Part shown: positions 9,449 to 19,379 of the stretch, in pieces
Numbering within the stretch: position 1 is the first letter of the stretch
Layout: every line of letters begins with the position of its first letter
Source of the DNA: Halobacillus litoralis
GTDB taxonomy: Bacteria > Bacillota > Bacilli > Bacillales > Halobacillaceae
Reading direction: 5' to 3'
Assembly (NCBI RefSeq): GCF_009856355.1
Contig: NZ_WMEW01000003.1
Span: 73,693 to 105,692, forward strand
DNA length: 32,000 nucleotides
Notes under the pieces: model-generated
Told to the model about the DNA's origin: nothing
Databases searched by the model: none
Seen by the model: only the letters and a program-made list of their open reading frames with translations
Translations under genes and position numbers: made by a program

Positions 9449-10999
9449 TCACAGCATCTCAGACGACGTTTTTCCCTGCATGTGCTGAAGCAGGTAATCC
9501 GGTCCACCCGCTTTCGAGTCGGTTCCGGACATGTTGAAACCACCAAATGGATGATAACCGACGATCGCCGCTGTACATCCACGGTTGAAATACAGGTTAC
9601 CGACGTGGAAGTCTTCCCGTGCTTTTTCAATATGATCGCGGTTGTTCGTAATAACTGCCCCCGTCAGACCGTAATCCGTCTGGTTTGCGATCTCGATGGC
9701 TTCATCAAAATTCTGCGCTTTCGTAAAGCCGACAACAGGACCGAATATCTCCTCCTGCATAATCCGTGCATCTGGAGCAAGATCGGCAAAAACAGTCGGC
9801 GCTATAAACCATCCTTTACTGTCATCCCCTTTTCCTCCGGTCATTAATCGTCCTTCACTTTTTCCGAGATCGATGTAGCTCATAATCTTGTCAAAGGCAC
9901 CCTGGTCGATGACTGGTCCCATATAGCGGCTGTTATCGGATGGATCGCCCCAGCTCACGTCCTCCTTCGTCTTTTGAACAACGCGGTCAAGCAGCTGATC
10001 GTAAATATCCTCATGAGCAACGACACGGGAACACGCCGAGCATTTCTGGCCGGAAAAACCGAAGGCAGAATACGTAATCGCATCTGCGGCCAGTTCCAGG
10101 TCCGCATCCTTATCGACGACAATGGTATCTTTTCCGCCCATCTCAATAATCGTCCGCTTCAACCACTTCTGTCCCTTATGAACTTTCGCGGCCCTCTCAA
10201 ACAAACGGGTGCCCACTTCACGGGACCCCGTGAAGCTGATGAAGCGTGTACGTGGATGATCGACAAGATAATCGCCGACTTCCTTCCCGCTTCCTGGAAT
10301 ATAATTGATGACGCCGTCCGGAAGCCCGGCTTCCTCTAGAACCTCCATCATCTTATAGGCAATGATCGGTGTCGCACTGGCCGGCTTCAATAAGACGGTA
10401 TTGCCGGAAACCATCGCCGCGACCGTCGTTCCACACATGATGGCGAACAGGAAGTTCCACGGGGAAATGACGACACCGACGCCGAGGGGTATGTAATGGA
10501 ACCTGTTGTTTTCAATCGGACGGGAGTTCACGTCGATCCCCTTATCTATTTCAAGCATTTGACGCCCATAATACTCCAGAAAGTCAATTGCCTCGGCTGT
10601 ATCCGCATCGGCTTCCTTCCACGGTTTCCCGCCCTCTTTGACGAGGTGGGCTGAAAATTCGTGCTTCCGGCGGCGGACAATGGCCGCAGCCCGGAAAAGA
10701 ATATCCGCGCGGTACGACGCCTTCGTCTTCCGCCACCACTCAAACGTCTCATCAGCCACCTGATGGGCTTTTTCCGCCAGGTCCTGATTGGCTTTCGACA
10801 CTCGGCCGATCACTTCCTTTTTATTGGCTGGGTTGACGACTTCGATCTTCTCGTCGGTCATTACCCGCTCCCCGCCGATGATTAACGGATAATCTTTTCC
10901 AAGGTCTGCCTCCACCTGCTTCAATGCAGTCTCCATGGCTTTTCGATTTTCTTCCAGCGCGAAATCTGTGAATGGTTCATGTTTGTAAGGGACCACCAT
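9449..10999 (-). CDS. rocA: 1-pyrroline-5-carboxylate dehydrogenase (RocA/PutC type aldehyde dehydrogenase)
   Basis: The track ORF starts at TTG 11104. SD AAGGAGG 8 nt before ATG 10999 gives 516 aa starting [13 protein letters not shown], the family-typical N-terminus. ALDH motifs EMGGKD and [13 protein letters not shown] (catalytic Cys) are present. Confidence 0.92.
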   Translation of the reverse strand: MVVPYKHEPFTDFALEENRKAMETALKQVEADLGKDYPLIIGGERVMTDEKIEVVNPANKKEVIGRVSKANQDLAEKAHQVADETFEWWRKTKASYRADILFRAAAIVRRRKHEFSAHLVKEGGKPWKEADADTAEAIDFLEYYGRQMLEIDKGIDVNSRPIENNRFHYIPLGVGVVISPWNFLFAIMCGTTVAAMVSGNTVLLKPASATPIIAYKMMEVLEEAGLPDGVINYIPGSGKEVGDYLVDHPRTRFISFTGSREVGTRLFERAAKVHKGQKWLKRTIIEMGGKDTIVVDKDADLELAADAITYSAFGFSGQKCSACSRVVAHEDIYDQLLDRVVQKTKEDVSWGDPSDNSRYMGPVIDQGAFDKIMSYIDLGKSEGRLMTGGKGDDSKGWFIAPTVFADLAPDARIMQEEIFGPVVGFTKAQNFDEAIEIANQTDYGLTGAVITNNRDHIEKAREDFHVGNLYFNRGCTAAIVGYHPFGGFNMSGTDSKAGGPDYLLQHMQGKTSSEML

Positions 11000-11075
11000 A
11001 AAAAACGCCTCCTTGAGAGTAAATGGGTGTACATTTAATTTTCTAAAAATTACTACAATTAGCACATCCACATTT

Positions 11076-11104
11076 ATTCTACCGTACCTGTATCCCTTAT
11101 TCAA
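11076..11104 (-). promoter_or_regulatory. Candidate sigmaA promoter of the P5C dehydrogenase gene
   Basis: Minus strand: -35 TTGAAT (11104..11099), 17-nt spacer, -10 TAGAAT (11081..11076), ~75 nt upstream of the ATG. The imperfect palindrome AACGGAATATCCCGTT (11104-11119) abuts the -35. Confidence 0.45.
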
Positions 11105-11271
11105 ACGGAATATCCCGTTCTATTCCCCTCTAAATCCCGGGCCGGTTAAACATTCTCAAATTCCCTGAGCATCGTACTTCCTGCTTCCGTTCCCTCTTTG
11201 ATCTTTCTAAATTCCTTCCGTTATACAGCATAAAAAACCTGTGTTAACCAGTTAGAGTGGTCCATTTGCAG

Positions 11272-11406
11272 GGTCACTTTCCGCTTATCGGTGGATGAAT
11301 GCCGCGGGCACGGCCTCAGCTAACTTGGTCAGGAAGATCGCCTGCCCAAGTGGATCTTCGGCCCGTGCTGTTCCCGCAGGCATCACCACCTAACGCTCCT
11401 CGTGCC
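11272..11406 (+). repeat. Copy 1 of a ~135-nt imperfect-palindrome intergenic repeat (candidate structured RNA / ERIC-REP-like element)
   Basis: By hand alignment it differs at ~12 positions from 20945-21079 and at somewhat more positions from the reverse complement of 13777-13911. It folds as one long hairpin. It generates the spurious MPRARPQLTW... ORF in the track. Confidence 0.85.
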
Positions 11407-11545
11407 GACGTTAGCATATATCGAAGAGGGATTGTACCCTGCTCAGGTTCGCAGATTCCAAAGAACGGCATGGGCTGCGCTATTGACGCTTGCAAAAGAA
11501 AAAGGGAAAGAAGAGGCGCTGATGACGGCTGCCTGCCGGAATATG

Positions 11546-11599
11546 AAAAAGACTGCCCGCCATCCAGCAAGGGTGAGCGGGGTGAAGGGGAGTCTTTTT
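11546..11599 (+). terminator. Long hairpin with flanking A/T runs (terminator-like) downstream of repeat copy 1
   Basis: AAAAAGACT(GCCCGC...GCGGGG...)AGTCTTTTT is followed by CGATTTT. The same 12-mer AAAAAGACTGCC opens the terminator downstream of copy 3. Confidence 0.4.
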
Positions 11600-11619
11600 C
11601 GATTTTAAAGAACTAACAA

Positions 11620-11733
11620 GGAGCGGTGCCCCTTCCACTCCTGCGGAAGAACGAGTGGGCCGAGATCACCGAGCGTGGGTTTTGCGAGGAAGCTCGGGAG
11701 CTCGTCCGCGGAAAGGGAAGGGGCTTACGCTCC
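11620..11733 (+). ncRNA. Candidate structured RNA domain (unassigned)
   Basis: A long-range helix GGAGCGgtGCCCCTTCC / GGAAGGGGCttaCGCTCC encloses a second helix CTGCGGA-agaa-CGAG / CTCG-TCCGCGG and a CCGAG/CTCGG helix. No credible ORF is present. Strand assignment is uncertain. Confidence 0.3.
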
Positions 11734-11747
11734 TGGCGGTAAGAAAG

Positions 11748-11796
11748 AAAAAAGCTTGTAAAGAAACAGGGGTTTCTCTACAAGCTTTTTCTTTGT
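11748..11796. terminator. Bidirectional rho-independent terminator (ends GH32 transcript; could also end a plus-strand transcript)
   Basis: AAAAAGCTTGTA-aa-GAAAC-aggg-GTTTC-tc-TACAAGCTTTTT has an A-run on one side and a T-run on the other. Confidence 0.7.
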
Positions 11797-11805
11797 TGTC
11801 AGGTC

Positions 11806-11852
11806 ATGCTTTCCCTGTACCGTTCACCAGGACCGGTTAGGCAGGGAAGCAT
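11806..11852. other. Additional long hairpin directly after the GH32 stop codon
   Basis: ATGCTTTCCCTG ... CAGGGAAGCAT forms ~11 bp with one bulge and a ~24-nt loop. It lies between the GH32 stop (11874) and the bidirectional terminator. Confidence 0.4.
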
Positions 11853-11873
11853 TGATAAGCCGGACGTCACCGG

Positions 11874-13448
11874 TTACCACGCTGAAGGTCGGTCGTAAAT
11901 TTGGAGCGATTTGATGTTCACATCCCCTTCTTTGCTGTAGATTTCAAGTCCACTGCTTTCAGGGAATGGGAAAATCCTCGTCGTTAAGACCTGCTGTCCA
12001 TCATTCGCAAACACCTCCACAGAGGACCGGTCTACGAAGATGTGCAGTTTAACGGTGCCATCCTCTAATCGGGAAGGCGCCCGGTAGACACCAGCAAACG
12101 AATCGTGGAAATCGGTTTTTCCTGAGTTCAGACGATCGGTGAATACGACGTCGTTTTTCGTATCATATCCGACTATGGTTTCTTCCTGCATATCCGGGGA
12201 ATATCGAATGCGGAATCCGAATTCCCCAGAGGATCCAGGTTCCATTTCCGCTGTAATCTCATAGGTTTCTTCTTCAAAACCATCAATCGTCTCTGAACCC
12301 TCCAGCTCGATACCAGCGGCTTCATATAAAAGCTCTCCACGATGATCTTTCAGTTCATCGGCGGGCTGCTGGATCAGCTGCACTTCTCCGTTGTTGTCTT
12401 TTTGAAGAGTGACCTCCCTCGGAAGCGACATCGCTCCCCGCCACGGGTCGGTTGGAAGGCTGGAGGCATACGTCCAGTTACTCATCCAAGCCATCCATAC
12501 CACACGATCATCCATGCCGTTAAAGGCCTGGGCTGCATAAAAGTCCGTCCCATAATCCACCCAGTTGATGTCATTGGACTTCTCCTGTCTTGTAAATACA
12601 GCACCGTCAAAATCCCCGAGAAAATACTGGCCGCCTGAACCGCCGGCGATACTGCCCGGATTCATATCTACCTGCAGCACCCAGCGGGTATCTTCCTCAT
12701 CTCCATCTACTGGAAGTTCAAAGAGTTCAGGCGTTTCCCAGACCCCTCCCTGGGCTCCTGTATCGCCGAACTCACTTAAGTATTCCCAATCCACCAGATT
12801 CTCCGATCCATAGAACATTACCTTTTTTCCTGCGGCCAGCAGCATGATGTATTTTCCTGACTGCTCATGCCAGATAACCTTGGGATCACGGAAGTCCTCG
12901 ATGCCGGGATTCGGTACGACCGGGTTTCCTTCGTGCTTCTTCCACGTCCTTCCGCTGTCCGTACTATAGGCGATCCGTTGATCCTGAACATTACCGGCAC
13001 TCGTATAAAAGGCGATCAGACCCCCTTCTTCACCTGGGAAGAGTCCACTTTTATTCTCTTTGTCGGCCATGATACTCCCTGAGAAGATCATGCCATGCTC
13101 ATCAGGCGTAAGCGCCACCTCCTGTTCCTCCCAGTGAACGAGATCCTCACTGACTGCATGTCCCCAGCTCATATTTCCAAACTGATCCCCGTCCGGATTG
13201 TATTGATAGAACAAATGGTATTCGCCTTCGTAATACACCATTCCGTTCGGATCGTTCATCCAGTTTTCCGCCGGCGTATAATGGTATTGGGGACGGAGCG
13301 ACTGATCATAAGAGATCTCCTCCCGTTCAGCCGCCTCCTCCTTTTCACTGATCTGCTCGGCCGGCGACACCGTCAGCATATAAATGACCAGGGACAGAAT
13401 GAGGACGACCGCACCTGTCAAAGCTGTAATTCGTTGGCGTGTAGACAT
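11874..13448 (-). CDS. Glycoside hydrolase family 32 beta-fructosidase (levanase/inulinase-like), N-terminally membrane-anchored or secreted
   Basis: Preferred start is ATG 13448 (SD GAGAGG 10 nt upstream; the track starts at TTG 13457), giving 524 aa. GH32 motifs are WMNDPNGMVYYEGEYHLFYQYNP, FRDPKV and the acid/base region VWETPELF. The N-terminal hydrophobic segment is ITALTGAVVLILSLVIYML. The C-terminal beta-sandwich region is present. Confidence 0.9.
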   Translation of the reverse strand: MSTRQRITALTGAVVLILSLVIYMLTVSPAEQISEKEEAAEREEISYDQSLRPQYHYTPAENWMNDPNGMVYYEGEYHLFYQYNPDGDQFGNMSWGHAVSEDLVHWEEQEVALTPDEHGMIFSGSIMADKENKSGLFPGEEGGLIAFYTSAGNVQDQRIAYSTDSGRTWKKHEGNPVVPNPGIEDFRDPKVIWHEQSGKYIMLLAAGKKVMFYGSENLVDWEYLSEFGDTGAQGGVWETPELFELPVDGDEEDTRWVLQVDMNPGSIAGGSGGQYFLGDFDGAVFTRQEKSNDINWVDYGTDFYAAQAFNGMDDRVVWMAWMSNWTYASSLPTDPWRGAMSLPREVTLQKDNNGEVQLIQQPADELKDHRGELLYEAAGIELEGSETIDGFEEETYEITAEMEPGSSGEFGFRIRYSPDMQEETIVGYDTKNDVVFTDRLNSGKTDFHDSFAGVYRAPSRLEDGTVKLHIFVDRSSVEVFANDGQQVLTTRIFPFPESSGLEIYSKEGDVNIKSLQIYDRPSAW

Positions 13449-13776
13449 ATACTTCAAACCTCTCTCTTAAAATCTCCGAGCTTATCTTATAGGGAGAGAA
13501 GCTTTCTTTCAACTAGTATCCGGCAGCAGTTCTTTAGACCCTGCCCCCGCATCACAGCAAAGATGAAATCCTTTTCCCGGGACATGGAAACGGGTTCAAC
13601 CCTCAAGGAAAAATGACTAAAGAACCAGAAAAACCGACCAAGGTCATTAAATAACCATACCTCCATTTACAGGGTACGGTTTCAGTTTGTTGAAAACCTG
13701 GTATTTTTCCAGAATCGCAGACCATTCTATTTCCGTGCACGAACGTTTTCAGGATCTTACATCTCCATGCAGCAAG

Positions 13777-13911
13777 GGCACGAGGAGCGTTCGGTGGTGA
13801 CACCTGAGGGAACAGCACGTACCGAAGATCCACTTGATCAGATGGTTTTTCTGACCAAGTTAGCTGAGATCGCGCCCGCGGCAAGCATCCACCGATAAGC
13901 GGAGCGTCGCC
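13777..13911 (-). repeat. Copy 2 (inverted orientation) of the ~135-nt imperfect-palindrome repeat
   Basis: The reverse complement aligns end to end with copies 1 and 3 and differs from copy 3 at ~21 positions by hand, many of them paired changes. It lies between the camS terminator and the GH32 gene, on their strand. Confidence 0.85.
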
Positions 13912-13933
13912 GTCAACCCTTCATAAGTGAAGA

Positions 13934-13964
13934 AAGCCGTACCCTGAAAATCAGGGTACGGCTT
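13934..13964. terminator. Perfect 13-14-bp hairpin immediately after camS (probable terminator)
   Basis: AAGCCGTACCCTGA-aaa-TCAGGGTACGGCTT lies 4 nt after the camS stop. The flank is T-rich on the plus side (CCTTTTATTTAT) and moderately so on the minus side (TCTTCACTTAT). Confidence 0.65.
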
Positions 13965-13968
13965 CCTT

Positions 13969-15114
13969 TTATTTATAGACATGCACAAACGGTTCTTTTT
14001 CCCCTGCGTTTTTAACAATCAGGCTTTCCGGCTCGTCCATGCTGTGAATGTTCACCTGCACACCATAGTGGTCCGGGAACATTTCAACGACGAGACTGTA
14101 GACATACTGGGTAAAACCAACAACCTCGGACTGGGACTGGAACTCAATCGGAATTTCAATCGTAACCTCCCGCAGGTCATTGTTTACGTAAAAACCATTT
14201 CCAATCATACCGACGAAGTTCGGAAAGTAATCGGACACTTCCTTTCTGAAGTCCGAAAATACCTGGGAATCATCAAAATGATCCGTTTCCGCTTCACTGG
14301 ATGGGAAAAGCACGTGCTTCTCGTCAATGCTGTCCCAGCCGCCAATGGAATTGGATGATTCTTTCACATATCCCTTGCTCAGGAAGTTGCCCGGTACTTT
14401 CGAGCTGGCTTCTTCTTCTTCATATAAAGCGAATACAACCGGTACATCCTTCAATTCCTCACGTTCGCGGATACGCTTAAGAATCTCCTCGGCATACTGC
14501 TTCCCTTTTGTCAGAAGCTCGTCCGTCGAATGGTTTTCTGAGTAATTCTTCCCGTCCGGTGTCTGGAAATTGTACACCGTCCGGAGAGAAATACCAATGG
14601 TGAGGCCTTTCAATTCTACGACGTTTTCTTCCTTCTTCACTAAGTAATCCTGTTCGACGATATTGGAAATATATTTCGGACTGTCACGGAATTCTTCTTC
14701 AGATGCCTCATCTTCATTGAGCTCCGGGTTCAGTCCACCTTCAGCGTCGCTCTCACGGGAAAGCCAGTTGAAAAGCGTACCGTCCGACAAATACTGGCCG
14801 GGCTGGAAAAAGTAGTCCTCCGGATCATAGTATTCCTTGGAATGACGGCGCAGGCCGCTCTCGAATTCATCGATATCGAGCCGGTTGCCCATCTGGTTCG
14901 TGGTGACTCCACGGGCGGATGACACCTTCGGACTGCTTTCGGTCAAAATCATCCGGTAATCCGTCTCAGACATCGTATAGTTGGGAACGATGGCCGATTG
15001 GTTATTGTTCTCATCGGTTGTTTCCTGTATGACTTCCTCTCTATTATCAAAAACAGGCGTACACGCGCTCACGAAAAGCACCGAACTAAGTAACAGTGCG
15101 TGCATCTTCCTCAT
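13969..15114 (-). CDS. camS: CamS-family (YerH-like) lipoprotein
   Basis: Preferred start is ATG 15114 (SD GGGAG 8 nt upstream; the track starts at GTG 15123), giving 381 aa. The signal peptide with lipobox is MRKMHALLLSSVLFVSAC. It sits directly after ligA, as yerH does in B. subtilis. Confidence 0.8.
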   Translation of the reverse strand: MRKMHALLLSSVLFVSACTPVFDNREEVIQETTDENNNQSAIVPNYTMSETDYRMILTESSPKVSSARGVTTNQMGNRLDIDEFESGLRRHSKEYYDPEDYFFQPGQYLSDGTLFNWLSRESDAEGGLNPELNEDEASEEEFRDSPKYISNIVEQDYLVKKEENVVELKGLTIGISLRTVYNFQTPDGKNYSENHSTDELLTKGKQYAEEILKRIREREELKDVPVVFALYEEEEASSKVPGNFLSKGYVKESSNSIGGWDSIDEKHVLFPSSEAETDHFDDSQVFSDFRKEVSDYFPNFVGMIGNGFYVNNDLREVTIEIPIEFQSQSEVVGFTQYVYSLVVEMFPDHYGVQVNIHSMDEPESLIVKNAGEKEPFVHVYK

Positions 15115-15126
15115 GCTTTCCACTCC

Positions 15127-17136
<2,010 letters not shown>

Positions 17137-17144
17137 TCACTTCC

Positions 17145-19379
17145 TTACGCTTTCGTAATCGGAGCATATCGGGCAAGCAGCCGTTTGATGCCTGTCGGTG
17201 CCGGGAATGCGATATCGAGTTCAAGCGCGTCTCCCTCACCCTGCACTTTGACGACGGTGCCGGTTCCCCATTTTTTGTGTGTCGCTTTATCTCCAGGCTG
17301 CCAGCCGATCTTCTCGCCTCCGGTCGATTCCTTCTTCTTCGGCTTCTTGGCCGAACGCTTCGGCGGCTCCTGGGTCTGCCTGCCGAACGGGGCCGTTTCA
17401 CGCTTCTTGTTGAAAAACGGCAGTTCTTCCTTCTGCTCACGTCCGTCGACCAGCTCTTCCGGAATTTCATGGATAAACCGGCTGATCGGGTTCATGTTTG
17501 TCCGTCCATACAACGTACGCATTTTCGCATGGGTCAAAAACAGCTGCTTCTCAGCACGGGTAATTCCCACGTAAGCGAGGCGGCGTTCTTCTTCCATTTC
17601 CTCCTCATCCATTAACGCACGGCTGTGCGGGAAGACATTCTCCTCCATACCGATGAGAAAGACGACGGGAAACTCCAGCCCCTTTGCGGAGTGAAGCGTC
17701 ATAAGCGTGACGGTATCATCACTACTAGGGTCCTCATTCATGGAATCGATATCCGCAATCAACGCAAGATCCGTTAAGAAAGCCACTAATGTTTTATCTT
17801 CAGCGTTTTCTTCAAAGTTCTTCGTTACGGATTTGAATTCCTCAATGTTTTCCAGACGGCTCTGAGCTTCAATGCTTTTCTCGTTCATAAGCATCTCTTC
17901 ATAGCCGGTTTTATCGATGACCTGCTGGACCATATCGGTCGCTGATAGAAACTCCTGCTGCTCGCTCCAGTTCTGGACCATTTTACGGAAGCTCATGATC
18001 GCCTTGGCCGCTTTCGCGCTGACGCCGACAAAGTCGACTTCCGCTGCTGCTTCATACAGCGAAATATCGTGATCGGCCGCATAAGCCATCATTTTGTCCA
18101 TACTCGTCTTCCCTACCCCGCGCTTCGGCTCATTGACGACACGCTGAAAGCTGAGATCATCATTCGGGTTGGCAATGAGACGCAGATAGGCAAGGAGGTC
18201 CTTGATTTCCTTACGGTCGTAGAACTTCGTACCGCCGATCATCTGATATGGGATGCCTGCTTTGACGAATGTTTCCTCGATCGTACGCGACTGGGCATTC
18301 GTCCGGTACAGGATCGCCGTATCCTGATAACGGAATTTCCCCTGCCTTACGAGGTCGCCGATTTTATCCGTAACGAAAAGAGCTTCCTCACGCTCTGTGC
18401 CGGCCTGGTGATAATGGATTTTTTCGCCGCCTTTATTGTCGGTCCAAAGGCGCTTCGGTTTCCGGCCGGAGTTTTTATCAATAACATTGTTGGCCGCATC
18501 GAGAATCAATTCTGTGGAACGGTAATTCTGCTCCAGGAGAATCGTCCGTGCATTCGGATAATCACTTTCAAAGTTTAGGATGTTTTGAATATCCGCTCCG
18601 CGCCAGGCATAGATCGACTGGTCGGAATCCCCGACAACGCACAGGTTCTGATACCGGCTCGCCAGATGCTTGACGAGCTGATACTGCGCATGGTTCGTAT
18701 CCTGATACTCATCAACGTGGATGTATTGGAAGCGGCGCTGATAGGTTTCCAGCACTTCCGGCACTTCATCAAACAAACGGAGCGTCTGCATGATCAAATC
18801 GTCAAAATCGAGCGACTGGTTTTTTCGCAGTTTTTTCTGGTAGCCTTTATACACTTCCGCCACCTGCTCCTCATGCGTACTGCCGGCCTGCTTGGCATAA
18901 TCTTCCGCTGTCATGAGTTCGTTTTTCGAATTACTGATCGCTCCGAGCATCGCCCGCGGATCCCACTTTTTCGGATCAAGGTTCAGTTCCTTCAGCACCT
19001 GTTTGATGACAGAAAGCTGGTCACTGGAGTCCAGAATAGAGAAATTGCGGTCATAGCCGATCCGGTCGATGTCCCGCCTTAAAATACGGACACACATCGA
19101 GTGGAACGTCGACATCCATATCTTTTCGCCGTCATTTCCGACAAGAGATTCCACACGCTCTTTCATTTCGCGTGCGGCTTTGTTTGTAAATGTAATCGCC
19201 AGAATGTTGCGGGGCGCTACATCTTTTTCACTGAGTAAGTAGGCAATCCGGTGGGTCAGCACCCGTGTCTTACCACTTCCGGCACCTGCCATAATAAGCA
19301 GCGGGCCTTCTGTATGGGTTACCGCATTGCGCTGTTCTGTATTCAAACCTTGAATCAAAGCATTCAACGCCTGAGTCAT
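17145..19379 (-). CDS. pcrA: ATP-dependent DNA helicase PcrA (UvrD family)
   Basis: 744 aa with Walker [19 protein letters not shown] and [15 protein letters not shown] motifs, plus a basic linker and a C-terminal Tudor-like tail. Confidence 0.97.
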   Translation of the reverse strand: MTQALNALIQGLNTEQRNAVTHTEGPLLIMAGAGSGKTRVLTHRIAYLLSEKDVAPRNILAITFTNKAAREMKERVESLVGNDGEKIWMSTFHSMCVRILRRDIDRIGYDRNFSILDSSDQLSVIKQVLKELNLDPKKWDPRAMLGAISNSKNELMTAEDYAKQAGSTHEEQVAEVYKGYQKKLRKNQSLDFDDLIMQTLRLFDEVPEVLETYQRRFQYIHVDEYQDTNHAQYQLVKHLASRYQNLCVVGDSDQSIYAWRGADIQNILNFESDYPNARTILLEQNYRSTELILDAANNVIDKNSGRKPKRLWTDNKGGEKIHYHQAGTEREEALFVTDKIGDLVRQGKFRYQDTAILYRTNAQSRTIEETFVKAGIPYQMIGGTKFYDRKEIKDLLAYLRLIANPNDDLSFQRVVNEPKRGVGKTSMDKMMAYAADHDISLYEAAAEVDFVGVSAKAAKAIMSFRKMVQNWSEQQEFLSATDMVQQVIDKTGYEEMLMNEKSIEAQSRLENIEEFKSVTKNFEENAEDKTLVAFLTDLALIADIDSMNEDPSSDDTVTLMTLHSAKGLEFPVVFLIGMEENVFPHSRALMDEEEMEEERRLAYVGITRAEKQLFLTHAKMRTLYGRTNMNPISRFIHEIPEELVDGREQKEELPFFNKKRETAPFGRQTQEPPKRSAKKPKKKESTGGEKIGWQPGDKATHKKWGTGTVVKVQGEGDALELDIAFPAPTGIKRLLARYAPITKA

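Noticed and set aside
11055-11075. Possible sigma-54 (-24/-12) promoter for the RocA-type gene (TGGATGTGCTAATTGTA on the minus strand)
   Set aside because: The GG-N10-GC spacing and the TTGC element are not satisfied. A well-spaced sigmaA TTGAAT-17-TAGAAT promoter is present instead.
9449-11104. Long N-terminal extensions in the track ORFs (9449..11104, 2917..3933, 19376..20104, 13969..15123, 11874..13457, 29244..30674)
   Set aside because: The upstream GTG/TTG starts lack SD sequences. Internal ATGs with well-spaced SDs reproduce the family-typical N-termini, so the shorter coordinates are reported.
11334-11358. Possible pseudoknot between the apical loop GAAGATC and the downstream GATCTTC of the repeat
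   Set aside because: The complementarity exists in copies 1 and 3. Copy 2 has changed the loop (AAAACCA) without any compensating change in GATCTTC, so the three sequences do not support it.
11429-11459. GGATTGTACCCTGCTCAGGTTCGCAGATTCC, superficially like a SacY/LicT-type RAT antiterminator target
   Set aside because: It is on the plus strand, convergent with and downstream of the GH32 gene. It matches the remembered RAT consensus (GGATTGTTACTG....GCAGGCAAAACC) poorly beyond the first 7 nt and does not overlap a terminator. GTACCCTG is better explained as the outer arm of the repeat element.
11299-11616. ORFs beginning MPRARPQLTW... (11299..11616 +), MPRARSQLTW... (13603..13884 -) and ...LPRARPQLTW... 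(20939..21145 +), which look like a conserved small protein family
   Set aside because: They are translations of the ~135-nt repeat. They have no SD and their start codons are inconsistent (ATG/TTG/none). They diverge immediately outside the repeat and are Arg/Pro-rich and low in complexity. The substitutions between copies are paired in a hairpin rather than synonymous.
11626-11763. 45-codon GTG ORF (VPLPLLRKNEWAEITERGFCEEARELVRGKGRGLRSWR) after AAGGAG at 11618
   Set aside because: The SD-to-start spacing is only 2 nt. The sequence coincides with a long nested helix and is more simply explained as structured non-coding sequence. No homologue comes to mind.
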